A stretch of 64,000 nt of DNA from Nitrospirales bacterium (GTDB lineage Bacteria > Nitrospirota > Nitrospiria > Nitrospirales > UBA8639), in assembly GCA_021603905.1 (NCBI GenBank), contig BQIU01000005.1, positions 19,261 to 83,260 of the forward strand. The letters run 5' to 3'. Positions 28,621 to 38,691 of the stretch are shown here, in pieces (the first letter of the stretch is position 1; each line of letters starts with the position of its first letter). A program made the translations under genes and the position numbers. A model generated the notes under the pieces. It was given only the letters and a program-made list of their open reading frames with translations, had not been told where the DNA came from and did no database searches.

Positions 28621-29334
28621 TCAGGTCGATGTCTTGACCCGTATTCTTCTATGTAACAGGTTGATGACCTTGTGCTCAATTGTCTTGGCAATATTTTCTG
28701 GACTCTCTCGTCCATTGATAATGATGATACGCTGAGGGTTTTGTGCGGCGATATTCAAAAACCCCCGACGCACACGGCTATGAAACGCCTGGGACTCTCG
28801 ATCGAGACGGTTTTGATTTTTAGCACGTTTTCGTCTGGCGAGACCTTCTTGAATGGGAAGATCAAACAAAAAGGTCAGGTCCGGCATGAGGCCTTGGGTG
28901 ACAAAATCATTAAAGATCGTGAGAGCTTTCATCTCAAGTTTTCGTCCAAAACCCTGATAAGCGAGTGTCGAATCTGTAAACCGGTCACAGAGTACCACCC
29001 GGTTCTTGACGAGAGCTGGAAGGATTTGATGTCGAATATGTTGGGAGCGAGCCCCTAAAACCAGAGCTGTTTCACATTCAGCGGTGATTGACTCTTGAAT
29101 GTCAGCAGATGAGGGTTCTTGAAGAAGCAGGGCACGAATTCTTTCCGCACAACGCGTGCCACCAGGTTCTCGTGTTTCGAGTACCGAATGACCAAGAGAG
29201 GTGAGTGTCGCCGCCAATCGGTGGCATTGCGTAGTTTTGCCGGACCCTTCAATCCCTTCAAAGGTAAGAAAGAGCCCCAATCGTTTGCCGGACAGTCGTG
29301 AATCTCTGTTTTTGAAATACTGAGTCGTTTTCAC
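28621..29334 (-). CDS. tmk: Thymidylate kinase
   Basis: P-loop FLTFEGIEGSGKTTQ, TREPGGT, and DRF...STLAYQG motifs. Confidence 0.9.
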   Translation of the reverse strand: MKTTQYFKNRDSRLSGKRLGLFLTFEGIEGSGKTTQCHRLAATLTSLGHSVLETREPGGTRCAERIRALLLQEPSSADIQESITAECETALVLGARSQHIRHQILPALVKNRVVLCDRFTDSTLAYQGFGRKLEMKALTIFNDFVTQGLMPDLTFLFDLPIQEGLARRKRAKNQNRLDRESQAFHSRVRRGFLNIAAQNPQRIIIINGRESPENIAKTIEHKVINLLHRRIRVKTST

Positions 29335-29484
29335 TGTGAGATCCTAATGTAAGTTATTGAAAATCTCAAGAAAAGGCTTGCAGGGACTAGATGATATTTG
29401 TAAGATGACGTACGTCCAATCTACCAAGTATGCCAAATCCTATTATCCTTCAATCTTGGAGTCAGGTATAGAGCCTCGTTAGCT

Positions 29485-30156
29485 ATGTCGCAGGCTTCGC
29501 TCAAGCGCTATCTTCTTACAGGCTTATTGGTTATTACGCCGATTTGGGGGACGATTCTTGTCCTCAAAACGCTGTTTGTGACGGTCGACAGTATTCTCGG
29601 GAATGTGTTAGCCGATTTCCTGATCCAGGAGTATTACTTCCCGGGGCTGGGAATTATTGCCCTCCTCATCCTGATTTTTCTTGCGGGGATCTTAACGACC
29701 AATATTCTTGGTCGACGAATTGTGAAACGGTGGGAGGGATTTTTAGACCGCGTGCCAATTGTACGGGGGATCTATGCCACCCTCAAGTCAGTCATGGATA
29801 TTCTCTCCTTTAAACAACGCGAAAAATATGACAAAGTCGTCATGATTCAATTTCCTAAGGATGGTAATTATTGTTTGGCCTTTGTGACCGGTGAGACCAG
29901 AGATGAAGTTCAGCGCTTAGTTCCGGAGCCACTCATTCATGTTTTTGTTCCAACGTCTCCCAACCCCACATCTGGATATTTCTTATTGGTTCCTGAACAT
30001 GAAGTGATGCCAGTCGATCTTGAAGTTGAAGAAGCGATGAAGTTGATTGTCTCGGGTGGGCTCTATTCCTCAGATCGTCAGTCTAATGTTGATGAAATGG
30101 TACAAAGAAAAGCACAGGAAACCGTGAGTCCTGATGTCAAGGTCACAACTGGATGA
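29485..30156 (+). CDS. DUF502-family membrane protein
   Basis: Two N-terminal TM helices, the conserved IPIVRGIYATLKSV segment and a VPTSPNPTSGY motif typical of DUF502. Confidence 0.7.
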   Translation: MSQASLKRYLLTGLLVITPIWGTILVLKTLFVTVDSILGNVLADFLIQEYYFPGLGIIALLILIFLAGILTTNILGRRIVKRWEGFLDRVPIVRGIYATLKSVMDILSFKQREKYDKVVMIQFPKDGNYCLAFVTGETRDEVQRLVPEPLIHVFVPTSPNPTSGYFLLVPEHEVMPVDLEVEEAMKLIVSGGLYSSDRQSNVDEMVQRKAQETVSPDVKVTTG

Positions 30157-30189
30157 GGTGTTATCAAACATCATGAAGGCAGTAACGTT

Positions 30190-31680
30190 ATGAGTTCAGT
30201 GTCTGCTGTGATTATGGCTGCCGGGCAAGGGACCCGGATGAAGTCGGCCATTCCTAAGGTTTTACATCCCGTCGCGGGGAAACCTATGGTCTGGTATATG
30301 TCGGCCTTGGCTCGTCGTATTGCGGATTCAGCCGTGGCGATTGTGGTTGGGCATGGTGCTGAGCAGGTACGGGACTATCTTCATCAAGAGGAAGCGACGC
30401 TGGCTCCATTTTTTGTGGTCGAGCAGACGCAACAACTTGGAACAGGGCATGCGGTGCAACAGGCTCAGTCTGTTGTCTTGAGTGATAAGGAGCCCGTGGC
30501 AGATCACTGCCTGATTTTGAATGGCGATACGCCATTACTGACCGAAGCGACTGTTCGTGCCTTACTCGATTATCACGACTCGAGTCAGGCAACCGTGACG
30601 ATTTTGACGACAATTTTAGAACATCCACAGGGATATGGCCGAGTCGTTCGTGGGGCAGAGAGTCAAGTCCTCAACATTGTTGAAGATCGTGATGCGAGTG
30701 AGAGTGAGAAATCCATTCAAGAAGTCAATGTTGGCACATATATTGTGAATACCAATTTTCTTTTTGAGAGTCTTGAGACATTAAAGCCACAGAATGTTCA
30801 GGGAGAATATTACTTGACAGATATTATAGGTATGGCCGTCTCCCAAAAACTTCGTGTTTCAGCACTAGTGACCACAGATACGAATGAAACGATTGGGATC
30901 AATAATCGAGAGCATTTAGCCTTGGCTGAACAAGAAATGCGTAAACGTGTGTGTCGGATATGGATGCAAAATGGTGTCACGCTGCTTGATCCGAATCGAA
31001 CAAGTATTGATGCGGATGTTGTGATTGGGCGGGACAGCGTCCTCTATCCAGATGTTCGATTAGAAGGTCGGACAACTATTGGTGAAGACTGCGTCGTGCG
31101 TTCACACACCAGAATCACCAATAGTATCTTAGGGGATCGAGTTCAGGTGTTAGAATGTTGTGTCTTCAATGAGGCGGAAATCGATCAAGAGGTCAATATT
31201 GGCCCGTTTGCGCATCTGAGACCTGGAGTCAAAATACGAGCGCGTGCCAAAGTGGGAAATTTTGTTGAGCTTAAACAGGCGGAATTAGGTGAGGGGTCCA
31301 AGGCTAATCATTTAAGTTATCTTGGAAACACCATCATTGGACGAAATGTGAATATTGGGGCAGGAACCATCACATGTAACTATGATGGGTACCGAAAAGC
31401 CCAGACGGTGATCGAAGATGAGGTCTTTATTGGGAGTGATACACAACTCATTGCACCTATCAGGGTTGGTCGTGGCGCCATCATTGCGGCCGGCACCACG
31501 TTGACGCAGGATGTCCCACCGGAGGCTTTGGGAATTTCTCGACCCGTTCAACTAAATAAAGAGGGGGCCGCTAAGCGTAAGCGGGACTCGCGGAACCGTA
31601 GGTCCTCGGACTCTACAAGCAACGTCTCCGGCCAAAACAATCAGGCCGAAGATTCTTCTTTTCATAAAGACGAGTTGTAG
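30190..31680 (+). CDS. glmU: Bifunctional UDP-GlcNAc pyrophosphorylase / GlcN-1-P acetyltransferase
   Basis: AAGQGTRMKS nucleotidyltransferase motif and a left-handed beta-helix hexapeptide region (NYDGYRK... motif). Carries a ~40-aa hydrophilic C-terminal tail. Confidence 0.95.
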   Translation: MSSVSAVIMAAGQGTRMKSAIPKVLHPVAGKPMVWYMSALARRIADSAVAIVVGHGAEQVRDYLHQEEATLAPFFVVEQTQQLGTGHAVQQAQSVVLSDKEPVADHCLILNGDTPLLTEATVRALLDYHDSSQATVTILTTILEHPQGYGRVVRGAESQVLNIVEDRDASESEKSIQEVNVGTYIVNTNFLFESLETLKPQNVQGEYYLTDIIGMAVSQKLRVSALVTTDTNETIGINNREHLALAEQEMRKRVCRIWMQNGVTLLDPNRTSIDADVVIGRDSVLYPDVRLEGRTTIGEDCVVRSHTRITNSILGDRVQVLECCVFNEAEIDQEVNIGPFAHLRPGVKIRARAKVGNFVELKQAELGEGSKANHLSYLGNTIIGRNVNIGAGTITCNYDGYRKAQTVIEDEVFIGSDTQLIAPIRVGRGAIIAAGTTLTQDVPPEALGISRPVQLNKEGAAKRKRDSRNRRSSDSTSNVSGQNNQAEDSSFHKDEL

Positions 31681-31804
31681 TCGCCTATCGCTCATGATTT
31701 GATCATGCGATGAGGTCTTGGCTATAGATTTGTACAACAACGACCGACATAATGAAGAAAACGTGTCATAATCATAACAGACGGATCACAATCGAGGATT
31801 GATC

Positions 31805-33634
31805 ATGTGTGGCATTATTGGATATATCGGAAAAGAAAATGCAACGCCGATTCTGATCGATGGATTAAAGCGATTGGAGTATCGCGGATATGACTCTGCC
31901 GGAATTGCACTCCTTCATGGGGGGGAACTTGCAGTCAAGCGTAGCGTTGGCAAACTCATTAATTTAGAGCAACTGGTGGAACGGGAGCATCTTGATGGAT
32001 CGCTTGGGATTGGACATACACGATGGGCGACTCATGGGAAACCATCTGAGCAAAATGCCCATCCGCATCGCTCAGGTAATTTAGTGCTCGTCCATAATGG
32101 CATTATTGAAAATTTTCTTTCTCTGAAACATCGTTTAGAAACTGAAGGCTATCGGTTTTCTTCAGAAACCGATACGGAAGTCATCGCGCACTTATTAGAG
32201 TCGTATATGAAGAAAGGACTCTCGCTGAGAGAAGCCTTACGAGCGGCGGATTCGGATTTACACGGGAGTTATGCCGTGGCTGCCATCTGTGTCTCCGAGC
32301 CAGATGTCATTGTAACCACGCGATCTGGTTGTCCACTGGTGATTGGGAAGAATGGAAAAGGCTCGTTCTTAGCGTCTGATGTCACACCCTTATTGGCGCA
32401 CACGCGAAATGTGGTTTTTTTGGAGGATGGCGACATTGGAATTTTAACCACTTCGGATATTTCCGTGATCGGTGCCGATGCTCAAGTCGTGAATCGGGCA
32501 AGTGTCACTATCGATTGGGATGCAGATGCGGCAGAAAAGGGTGGTTATCCCGATTTTATGTTAAAAGAGATTCATGAACAGCCTCAGGTCATCATGGATA
32601 CACTTCGGGGGCGTTTTAATTATGAGACCGGAGAGGCTGATCTTCCTGATTTATCCATGACCGCCCAAGAATTGATTGAAGCTCGACGTATTTGGATTGT
32701 GGCCTGCGGCACCTCTTGGCATTCGGGATTGGTTGGAAAGTATCTTTTTGAAGAAATGATTCGGAAACCGGTGCAAGTCGACATTGGTTCAGAATTCCGC
32801 TATCGGGAGCCCATGATTCAAAAAGATGATCTCTTTATTGCGATTTCCCAATCCGGGGAGACGGCAGATACCTTGGCAGCTGCGAGAGAGGCCAAAAAGC
32901 GTGGAGCTCGGGTTTTATCTATTGTGAATGTCGTAGGCAGTACGTTGGCGCGAGAGTCTGATGGTATTATCTATACACGATGTGGTCCTGAAATCAGTGT
33001 CGCCTCGACCAAAGCCTTCACCGGGCAAGTGATGGCCCTCTATCTGCTGGCGCTCCATGTTGGACGTGTGCGAGAAGTGTTGAGCGCGGAGGAAGGTCGA
33101 TGGTGGTTAGATCAATATACCGCTCTTCCTGGCCGGGTGGAGACGGTTCTCAAGCAGGAAGCAGACATTGTCCGTATTGCTCAGCAATATTATTCTAAAA
33201 ATAATTTTCTGTACTTGGGCCGTGGAATTAACTATCCGATTGCACTTGAAGGTGCCTTAAAATTAAAGGAAATTTCATACATTCACGCCGAAGGTTATGC
33301 GGCGGGAGAAATGAAGCATGGGCCGATTGCCCTGGTTGATGAAGATATGCCTGTCGTTGTGCTTGCTCCTCGTGATCGACTCTATGAGAAGACGGTCAAT
33401 AATTTGATGGAAGTTCGAGCCCGAAGTGCACCGGTCATTGCGTTTGGATTCGAAGGTGATCAGGAATTAAGTCGAGTGTCAGAAGTGGTCGTGCCAATTC
33501 CCGAAGTCCATCCATTGTTGACTCCGATCTTGTTTGCCGTGGGCTTGCAATTGTTGGCATATAATATTGCCGTGCTACGCGGGCTGGATGTTGATCGTCC
33601 TCGAAATTTAGCGAAGAGTGTGACGGTTGAGTAA
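31805..33634 (+). CDS. glmS: Glutamine--fructose-6-phosphate aminotransferase
   Basis: The start is set at MCGIIGYIG (catalytic Cys2). Two SIS domains and the C-terminal AKSVTVE. Confidence 0.95.
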   Translation: MCGIIGYIGKENATPILIDGLKRLEYRGYDSAGIALLHGGELAVKRSVGKLINLEQLVEREHLDGSLGIGHTRWATHGKPSEQNAHPHRSGNLVLVHNGIIENFLSLKHRLETEGYRFSSETDTEVIAHLLESYMKKGLSLREALRAADSDLHGSYAVAAICVSEPDVIVTTRSGCPLVIGKNGKGSFLASDVTPLLAHTRNVVFLEDGDIGILTTSDISVIGADAQVVNRASVTIDWDADAAEKGGYPDFMLKEIHEQPQVIMDTLRGRFNYETGEADLPDLSMTAQELIEARRIWIVACGTSWHSGLVGKYLFEEMIRKPVQVDIGSEFRYREPMIQKDDLFIAISQSGETADTLAAAREAKKRGARVLSIVNVVGSTLARESDGIIYTRCGPEISVASTKAFTGQVMALYLLALHVGRVREVLSAEEGRWWLDQYTALPGRVETVLKQEADIVRIAQQYYSKNNFLYLGRGINYPIALEGALKLKEISYIHAEGYAAGEMKHGPIALVDEDMPVVVLAPRDRLYEKTVNNLMEVRARSAPVIAFGFEGDQELSRVSEVVVPIPEVHPLLTPILFAVGLQLLAYNIAVLRGLDVDRPRNLAKSVTVE

Positions 33635-33874
33635 CGTCACCCTTCCGTGTTTGTACACACCTACGCTGCTGTTGTATGAAGCCGTGTGTTTATTTTTATT
33701 TTCAAGGCAAGTTCAACCTTTTCTTACCTAATCCTAAACTATTCGAACGAATTTTTGTTTGTCTAGATTTACGTCACAGTCTTTTTACCCAACTGTTTTT
33801 GGACTCCAGATTGTATTAAGCGATATTCCATCTTTGAGTATTTCTTCGATCGTTACAACGAAAGCCGGGAACGT

Positions 33875-34984
33875 GTGAGCAAACCAAATTCATCGATTAT
33901 TGTCACAGGTGGTGCAGGGTTCATTGGAGCCAATTTTGTCCGGTTGCTCCTTTCTCGATCAACCGCTGACTTGGTAATCATTGACAAATTGACGTATGCC
34001 GGAAATATGTTGAACCTCCAAAGTCTGTTACCTCATGACCGGGTCACATTTATTCAGGCTGATATTGCAGATCGGGTGTCGATGAGTCGAATTTTTGCAG
34101 AGCAGAGACCCCAGGCCATCGTTAATTTTGCTGCAGAGTCGCATGTTGACCGTTCAATTGATAGTCCGATTTCTTTTCTTGAAACCAATACGGTTGGAAC
34201 ATTTGTGTTGCTCGAGGAGGCTCGACACTATTGGCGGGGCTTGCCTCACGAGCATCAACAATATTTTCGATTTCTTCAGGTGTCAACCGATGAAGTGTAT
34301 GGAACCTTGGGCGCTGAGGGCCTTTTTTCTGAAGAGACCTCCTATGCCCCGAACTCTCCCTATGCGGCTTCCAAAGCAGCAGCTGATCATTTTGTTCGAG
34401 CGTATTTCCATACCTATGCCTTACCGACGATCATCACCAATTGTTCCAATAACTACGGGCCTTTTCAATTTCCTGAAAAACTGATCCCGCTCATGCTGCT
34501 CAACGCCTTAGAGGCGAAACCTCTCCCAATCTATGGCGATGGTCAACACGTTCGAGACTGGCTCTATGTCGAAGATCACTGTGAAGGCCTTTGGCTTGTT
34601 TTGACCAACGGACAACCTGGGACGAAATATAATCTCGGAGGACAGCACGAACAGACCAATCTCGAGTTAGTGAATACAATCATACACATATTAGAAGAAT
34701 TGGTTCCGGCGTCACACAATCAGAGACTTCTGGATCAATCGATAACGACGTATGAACAGTTGAAATCGTTTGTCACTGATCGGCCTGGACATGATCGTCG
34801 CTATGCTATTGATACGACAAAAATAAAGTCCGAACTCGGATGGAAGCCTAAGTACGATCTTATGGATGGCGTGCGTCGTACGGTTCAATGGTATCTCGAT
34901 CACCAAGAGTGGTGCCAGGCTGTCCAAGTCAATCAGGACACGCGTGTACGGTTAGGGTTGCAATCTGTTGTACGGAATGCATGA
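33875..34984 (+). CDS. rfbB: dTDP-glucose 4,6-dehydratase
   Basis: GTG start; TGGAGFIG, STDEVYG and YAASKAA (YxxxK). Confidence 0.9.
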   Translation: MSKPNSSIIVTGGAGFIGANFVRLLLSRSTADLVIIDKLTYAGNMLNLQSLLPHDRVTFIQADIADRVSMSRIFAEQRPQAIVNFAAESHVDRSIDSPISFLETNTVGTFVLLEEARHYWRGLPHEHQQYFRFLQVSTDEVYGTLGAEGLFSEETSYAPNSPYAASKAAADHFVRAYFHTYALPTIITNCSNNYGPFQFPEKLIPLMLLNALEAKPLPIYGDGQHVRDWLYVEDHCEGLWLVLTNGQPGTKYNLGGQHEQTNLELVNTIIHILEELVPASHNQRLLDQSITTYEQLKSFVTDRPGHDRRYAIDTTKIKSELGWKPKYDLMDGVRRTVQWYLDHQEWCQAVQVNQDTRVRLGLQSVVRNA

Positions 34985-35053
34985 AGGTGTCATGTGGAGA
35001 TTGGCCGCATTTTTCGGTCATGATCTTCAAGTGCGAGAAGGAGCGTGTGTAAG

Positions 35054-35938
35054 ATGAAAGGGATCATTTTGGCGGGAGGAGCCGGCTCACGGCTGTATCC
35101 CTTGAGTTATGCCGTGAGCAAGCAATTGATGCCGGTATATGACAAGCCCATGATCTATTATCCTTTGTCTACGTTGATGTTGGCCGGCATTCAAACGATT
35201 CTGATTATTACCACTCCGCACGAACAAGATGGATTCGTCAGACTGCTCGGCGATGGGAGCCATTTGGGATTAGATATTCACTATGCCATTCAACCTCAAC
35301 CCGGTGGGATTGCACAGGCTTTTCTTATCGGTCGAGATTTTATCGAGGACGAAGCCGTGGCCTTGATTTTGGGAGACAATATTTTCTATGGACATGGTCT
35401 TCCAAATTATTTACGCAAGGCTGTTGAACAGCCGTCTGGAGCAACCGTGTTTGCGTATCAGGTTCGTGATCCTCAACGCTATGGTGTCGTGAGTTTTGAT
35501 CAACACGGGAAGGCCAGGTGTCTGGAAGAAAAACCAAAAGTTCCAGAGTCTTCTTATGCCGTGACTGGCCTCTATTTTTATGATAATCGTGTTGTTGAAA
35601 TTGCCAAATCCTTGAAGGCCTCTCCACGCGGAGAACTTGAAATTACCGATGTGAATATCGAATACTTAGGCTCTGGTCAGTTGCATGTTGTGCCATTGGG
35701 GCGGGGCATTGCGTGGCTCGACACAGGAACTCATGAATCGCTTTTGCAAGCCGCTCATTATATTCAGGTTCTGCAGGAACGTCAGGGATTGATGGTGTCG
35801 TGCCCCGAAGAAATAGCGTATGACATGGGATATATAAGTGCTCAGGATGTGAAGCAGTTAGCAGAGACGATGAAAGGCAATGCCTATGGTCAGTATCTCT
35901 TATCGATTCTCGGGCAACCCATGAGGAGAATATTGTGA
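35054..35938 (+). CDS. rfbA: Glucose-1-phosphate thymidylyltransferase
   Basis: [17 protein letters not shown]; the full-length RmlA pattern includes GLYFYD and EITDVN. Confidence 0.95.
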   Translation: MKGIILAGGAGSRLYPLSYAVSKQLMPVYDKPMIYYPLSTLMLAGIQTILIITTPHEQDGFVRLLGDGSHLGLDIHYAIQPQPGGIAQAFLIGRDFIEDEAVALILGDNIFYGHGLPNYLRKAVEQPSGATVFAYQVRDPQRYGVVSFDQHGKARCLEEKPKVPESSYAVTGLYFYDNRVVEIAKSLKASPRGELEITDVNIEYLGSGQLHVVPLGRGIAWLDTGTHESLLQAAHYIQVLQERQGLMVSCPEEIAYDMGYISAQDVKQLAETMKGNAYGQYLLSILGQPMRRIL

Positions 35939-36498
35939 ATATTCTTCAAACATCATTGCCTGGAGTGGTCATTCTTGAACCAGATGTCTATCGAGATGGA
36001 CGAGGGTTCTTTTTGGAGACCTATCATCGAGAGAAATATGTTAAGGCTGGTCTTCCTCAAACATTTGTCCAAGACAATTACTCACGGTCAGGTCGTGGCT
36101 CTCTTCGGGGTCTGCATGCACAGATTCACTATCCTCAGGGAAAACTCATTCGCGTGAGTCAAGGGGAAGTCTTTGATGTTGCAGTGGATATTCGTCGAGG
36201 TTCCCCGACATTTGCGCAGTGGGTTGGTGTGACATTGACTGGGGGAAACTTTAAACAAATTTATATTCCTCCTGGTTTTGCTCACGGATTCTGTGTGATG
36301 AGTGAGGTGGCAGATGTGGAATATAAATGTACGGAGTTGTATCATCCCAATGATGAGATCGTGATTTCCTGGCAAGATCCGGTTCTGAATATTACCTGGC
36401 CTCTTACGACCCCAATCATTTCCCCAAAAGATGCGGCTGCATTGAGTGTCGATGAAGAACAGAGCCGCCTTCCGGTGTATCAAGACGCGTACGTATGA
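35935..36498 (+). CDS. rfbC: dTDP-4-dehydrorhamnose 3,5-epimerase
   Basis: GTGA overlap with rfb[15 protein letters not shown] and PPGFAHGF motifs. Confidence 0.9.
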   Translation: MNILQTSLPGVVILEPDVYRDGRGFFLETYHREKYVKAGLPQTFVQDNYSRSGRGSLRGLHAQIHYPQGKLIRVSQGEVFDVAVDIRRGSPTFAQWVGVTLTGGNFKQIYIPPGFAHGFCVMSEVADVEYKCTELYHPNDEIVISWQDPVLNITWPLTTPIISPKDAAALSVDEEQSRLPVYQDAYV

Positions 36499-37346
36499 AA
36501 GTGTTACTGGTCGGAGCATACGGTCAACTTGGTCATGCGCTTCAACAATCGTTGACGGCTCATGATGTGTGTGCTTATGGAAAAGATGCGTTGGATATTT
36601 CCAATCGAGAACGTACGGGGAAATTGGTTGAAGAGGTCAAGCCAGACATCGTGATCAATGCTGCGGCCTATACCCAGGTTGATCAAGCTGAGTCAGATGG
36701 CAGTATGGCTTACCGGATGAATGCGGTTGGTCCGCAAAACCTTGCATTGACGGCGGAAGCCCTTGGTGTTCCACTCGTCCACATTTCGACTGATTATGTG
36801 TTTGATGGCACGCAGACGGAACCGTATCATGAGTTTGATCGACCAAATCCGCGTTCGATATATGGAAAAAGTAAATTAGCTGGAGAAGAAATTGTTCGTG
36901 CGACTGCTCGGCGTCATTTTATCATTCGAACGGCATGGTTGTACCACACCGTCGGGAAAAATTTTCCCAAAATGATCTGTGATTTAGCACAACGATCCTC
37001 TGTGCGTGTGGTGAATGACCAATTTGGTTCACCGACATATGCGCCTCATCTCGCAACAGCGATTGATCGGTTGCTAACGACGCGTGCATACGGGACCTAT
37101 CATCTCGCGGGTTCTGGCGGAACAAATTGGTTTGACTTTACGCAAGAGCTTTTTACGCAGATGAATATTCAAACGCTGCTCACACCAGTGTCCACGAAAG
37201 AATTTCCTCGGCCGGCGCCTCGGCCAGCCTATGCCGTCTTAACGACGTTGCAAGATCCTTTCATACTCCTGCCGCCATGGAAGCAAGGGGTGGCTGAGTT
37301 TGCACGGCACTATTCTCCACAATTCCATGGAAAATCTCTGGGATAG
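36495..37346 (+). CDS. rfbD: dTDP-4-dehydrorhamnose reductase
   Basis: ATGA overlap with rfbC. GAYGQLG, STDYVFDG and YGKSKLAGE motifs. Confidence 0.9.
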   Translation: MKVLLVGAYGQLGHALQQSLTAHDVCAYGKDALDISNRERTGKLVEEVKPDIVINAAAYTQVDQAESDGSMAYRMNAVGPQNLALTAEALGVPLVHISTDYVFDGTQTEPYHEFDRPNPRSIYGKSKLAGEEIVRATARRHFIIRTAWLYHTVGKNFPKMICDLAQRSSVRVVNDQFGSPTYAPHLATAIDRLLTTRAYGTYHLAGSGGTNWFDFTQELFTQMNIQTLLTPVSTKEFPRPAPRPAYAVLTTLQDPFILLPPWKQGVAEFARHYSPQFHGKSLG

Positions 37347-37423
37347 GACGAAGAGAATCGCACTTAGGTATTGTGATAGAAAATTCTTCGTTGTATAAGA
37401 AGCCTCTGTCAGTTCTCGATACC

Positions 37424-37598
37424 ATAGCGAATCCAATTAATTCCCAGTTGATGAGAAAGGTAGCCCTAGGCGACGGTTGTTGGGTATCTCTGATTGGGTT
37501 GAATAGGCCATCGACGATGACAGTGGTTGTGCCCCTAAGTTGATGATTACAGGTCGCCTAGACAGTGAAATACTATGCTTCAAACATCGGAAGGTTAT
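37424..37598. repeat. Copy 1 of a ~170-nt repeated non-coding element (candidate structured RNA or MITE-like element)
   Basis: Shares six collinear conserved blocks with 49347-49510. These include a 24/25 match (ATAGCGAATCCAATTAATTCCCAGT) and an internal 9-bp inverted pair, CTAGGCGAC (37466-37474) / GTCGCCTAG (37553-37561). Confidence 0.55.
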
Positions 37599-37746
37599 AC
37601 CCGCTTGGATGTACTGATAATGATTGACGTTTTATCTCACGTATTGGATACCAACATTGTACAAGTTGGCGCTTTATCGTTTTGGTATAACTGAAACGGT
37701 TATAGAAATCCCTTTCACGAATGCACGCATTGAGTAAGGAGTCACC

Positions 37747-38562
37747 GTGGGTTATGTAGAGGCTATTGTCCTGGCTGTCCTTCAGGGGTTAACGGAGTTC
37801 CTTCCGGTGTCGTCGTCCGGCCATCTTGTGTTGGCGCAATATTGGTTTGGCCACGTTGAAGAAACAGGTCTGTTGTTTGATATCATGTTGCACTGTGCAA
37901 CGGTCGTTGCCATCCTCGTCTATTTTCGAAATGATTGGCTGGCGTTAGCTCGAGGACTGTTGGGATATCAACCGGCAGTAAATGAGGCCAGTGTGTTTAC
38001 CGGAGCTGAATGGCGGACGGTCCTGATGGTCATTGTCGCGTCGATTCCGACGGCGATTTTAGGGCTGAGCATTCAGAAAATTGGCTTAGAACTTTTCTCA
38101 CGTCCCGATATTGTTGGTGGATTTCTCATCTTTACGGGAGTGGTGTTGTGGGTTGGTCGTGGAAAATCGATTGGTCGTGGGATTCAGGAGATGAATATTT
38201 CTGATGCTCTGATTATTGGGTTGGTGCAAGGTATCGCGGTCTTGCCGGGTATTTCGCGATCGGGTTCAACTATTGCCGGGGGGCTGCTCCTGGGGCTTGA
38301 ACGAGAATTGATTGTTAGGTTTTCCTTGCTTATTTCTATCCCTGCTATTCTCGGGGCTATGCTCCTGGAAATGCTCAAAGTGATGGATCATGCTGATGTG
38401 TTAATTGGACCTTACCTTGTGGGTATGAGTGTGGCGGCCTTAGTTGGATATTGGTCAATTGGCATTATTCTACGTCTCGTCAAGCAAAATCATTTCCATT
38501 TATTTTCGTATTATCTTTGGCCAGTTGGGATTGCGATTATTCTCTGGATGCACGTCCTGTAG
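37747..38562 (+). CDS. uppP: Undecaprenyl-diphosphate phosphatase
   Basis: GTG start with RBS AAGGAG. EFLPVSSSGHL and PGISRSG motifs; 271-aa polytopic protein. Confidence 0.9.
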   Translation: MGYVEAIVLAVLQGLTEFLPVSSSGHLVLAQYWFGHVEETGLLFDIMLHCATVVAILVYFRNDWLALARGLLGYQPAVNEASVFTGAEWRTVLMVIVASIPTAILGLSIQKIGLELFSRPDIVGGFLIFTGVVLWVGRGKSIGRGIQEMNISDALIIGLVQGIAVLPGISRSGSTIAGGLLLGLERELIVRFSLLISIPAILGAMLLEMLKVMDHADVLIGPYLVGMSVAALVGYWSIGIILRLVKQNHFHLFSYYLWPVGIAIILWMHVL

Positions 38563-38618
38563 CGTTTGAATTACATCTAGCGATTGTGCTTGATTTTGGT
38601 GTTCTCCTACCTCACGAT

Positions 38619-38691
38619 CTTCACGCTTCACGCTTCACGCTTCACGCTTCACGCTTCACGCTTCACGCTTCACGCTTCACGCTTCACGCTT
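38619..38691. repeat. Perfect heptanucleotide tandem repeat (CTTCACG)x10 plus a partial unit
   Basis: Direct reading: ten consecutive CTTCACG units at 38619-38688, then CTT. It lies between the convergent uppP and malic-enzyme genes. The last unit contains the malic-enzyme stop codon (TGA on the minus strand at 38684-38686). Confidence 0.95.

Noticed and set aside
31558-31680. GlmU C-terminal ~40-aa hydrophilic tail ending in KDEL
   Set aside because: It is a low-complexity extension. The KDEL ending is a coincidence with the eukaryotic ER-retrieval signal and has no meaning in a bacterium. It is not enough for a finding.
31681-31804. Possible glmS ribozyme upstream of glmS
   Set aside because: The spacer is only ~120 nt, shorter than the ribozyme core. 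I see none of its conserved segments, only a small imperfect hairpin (ATCGCTCATGAT...ATCATGCGAT) just after glmU.
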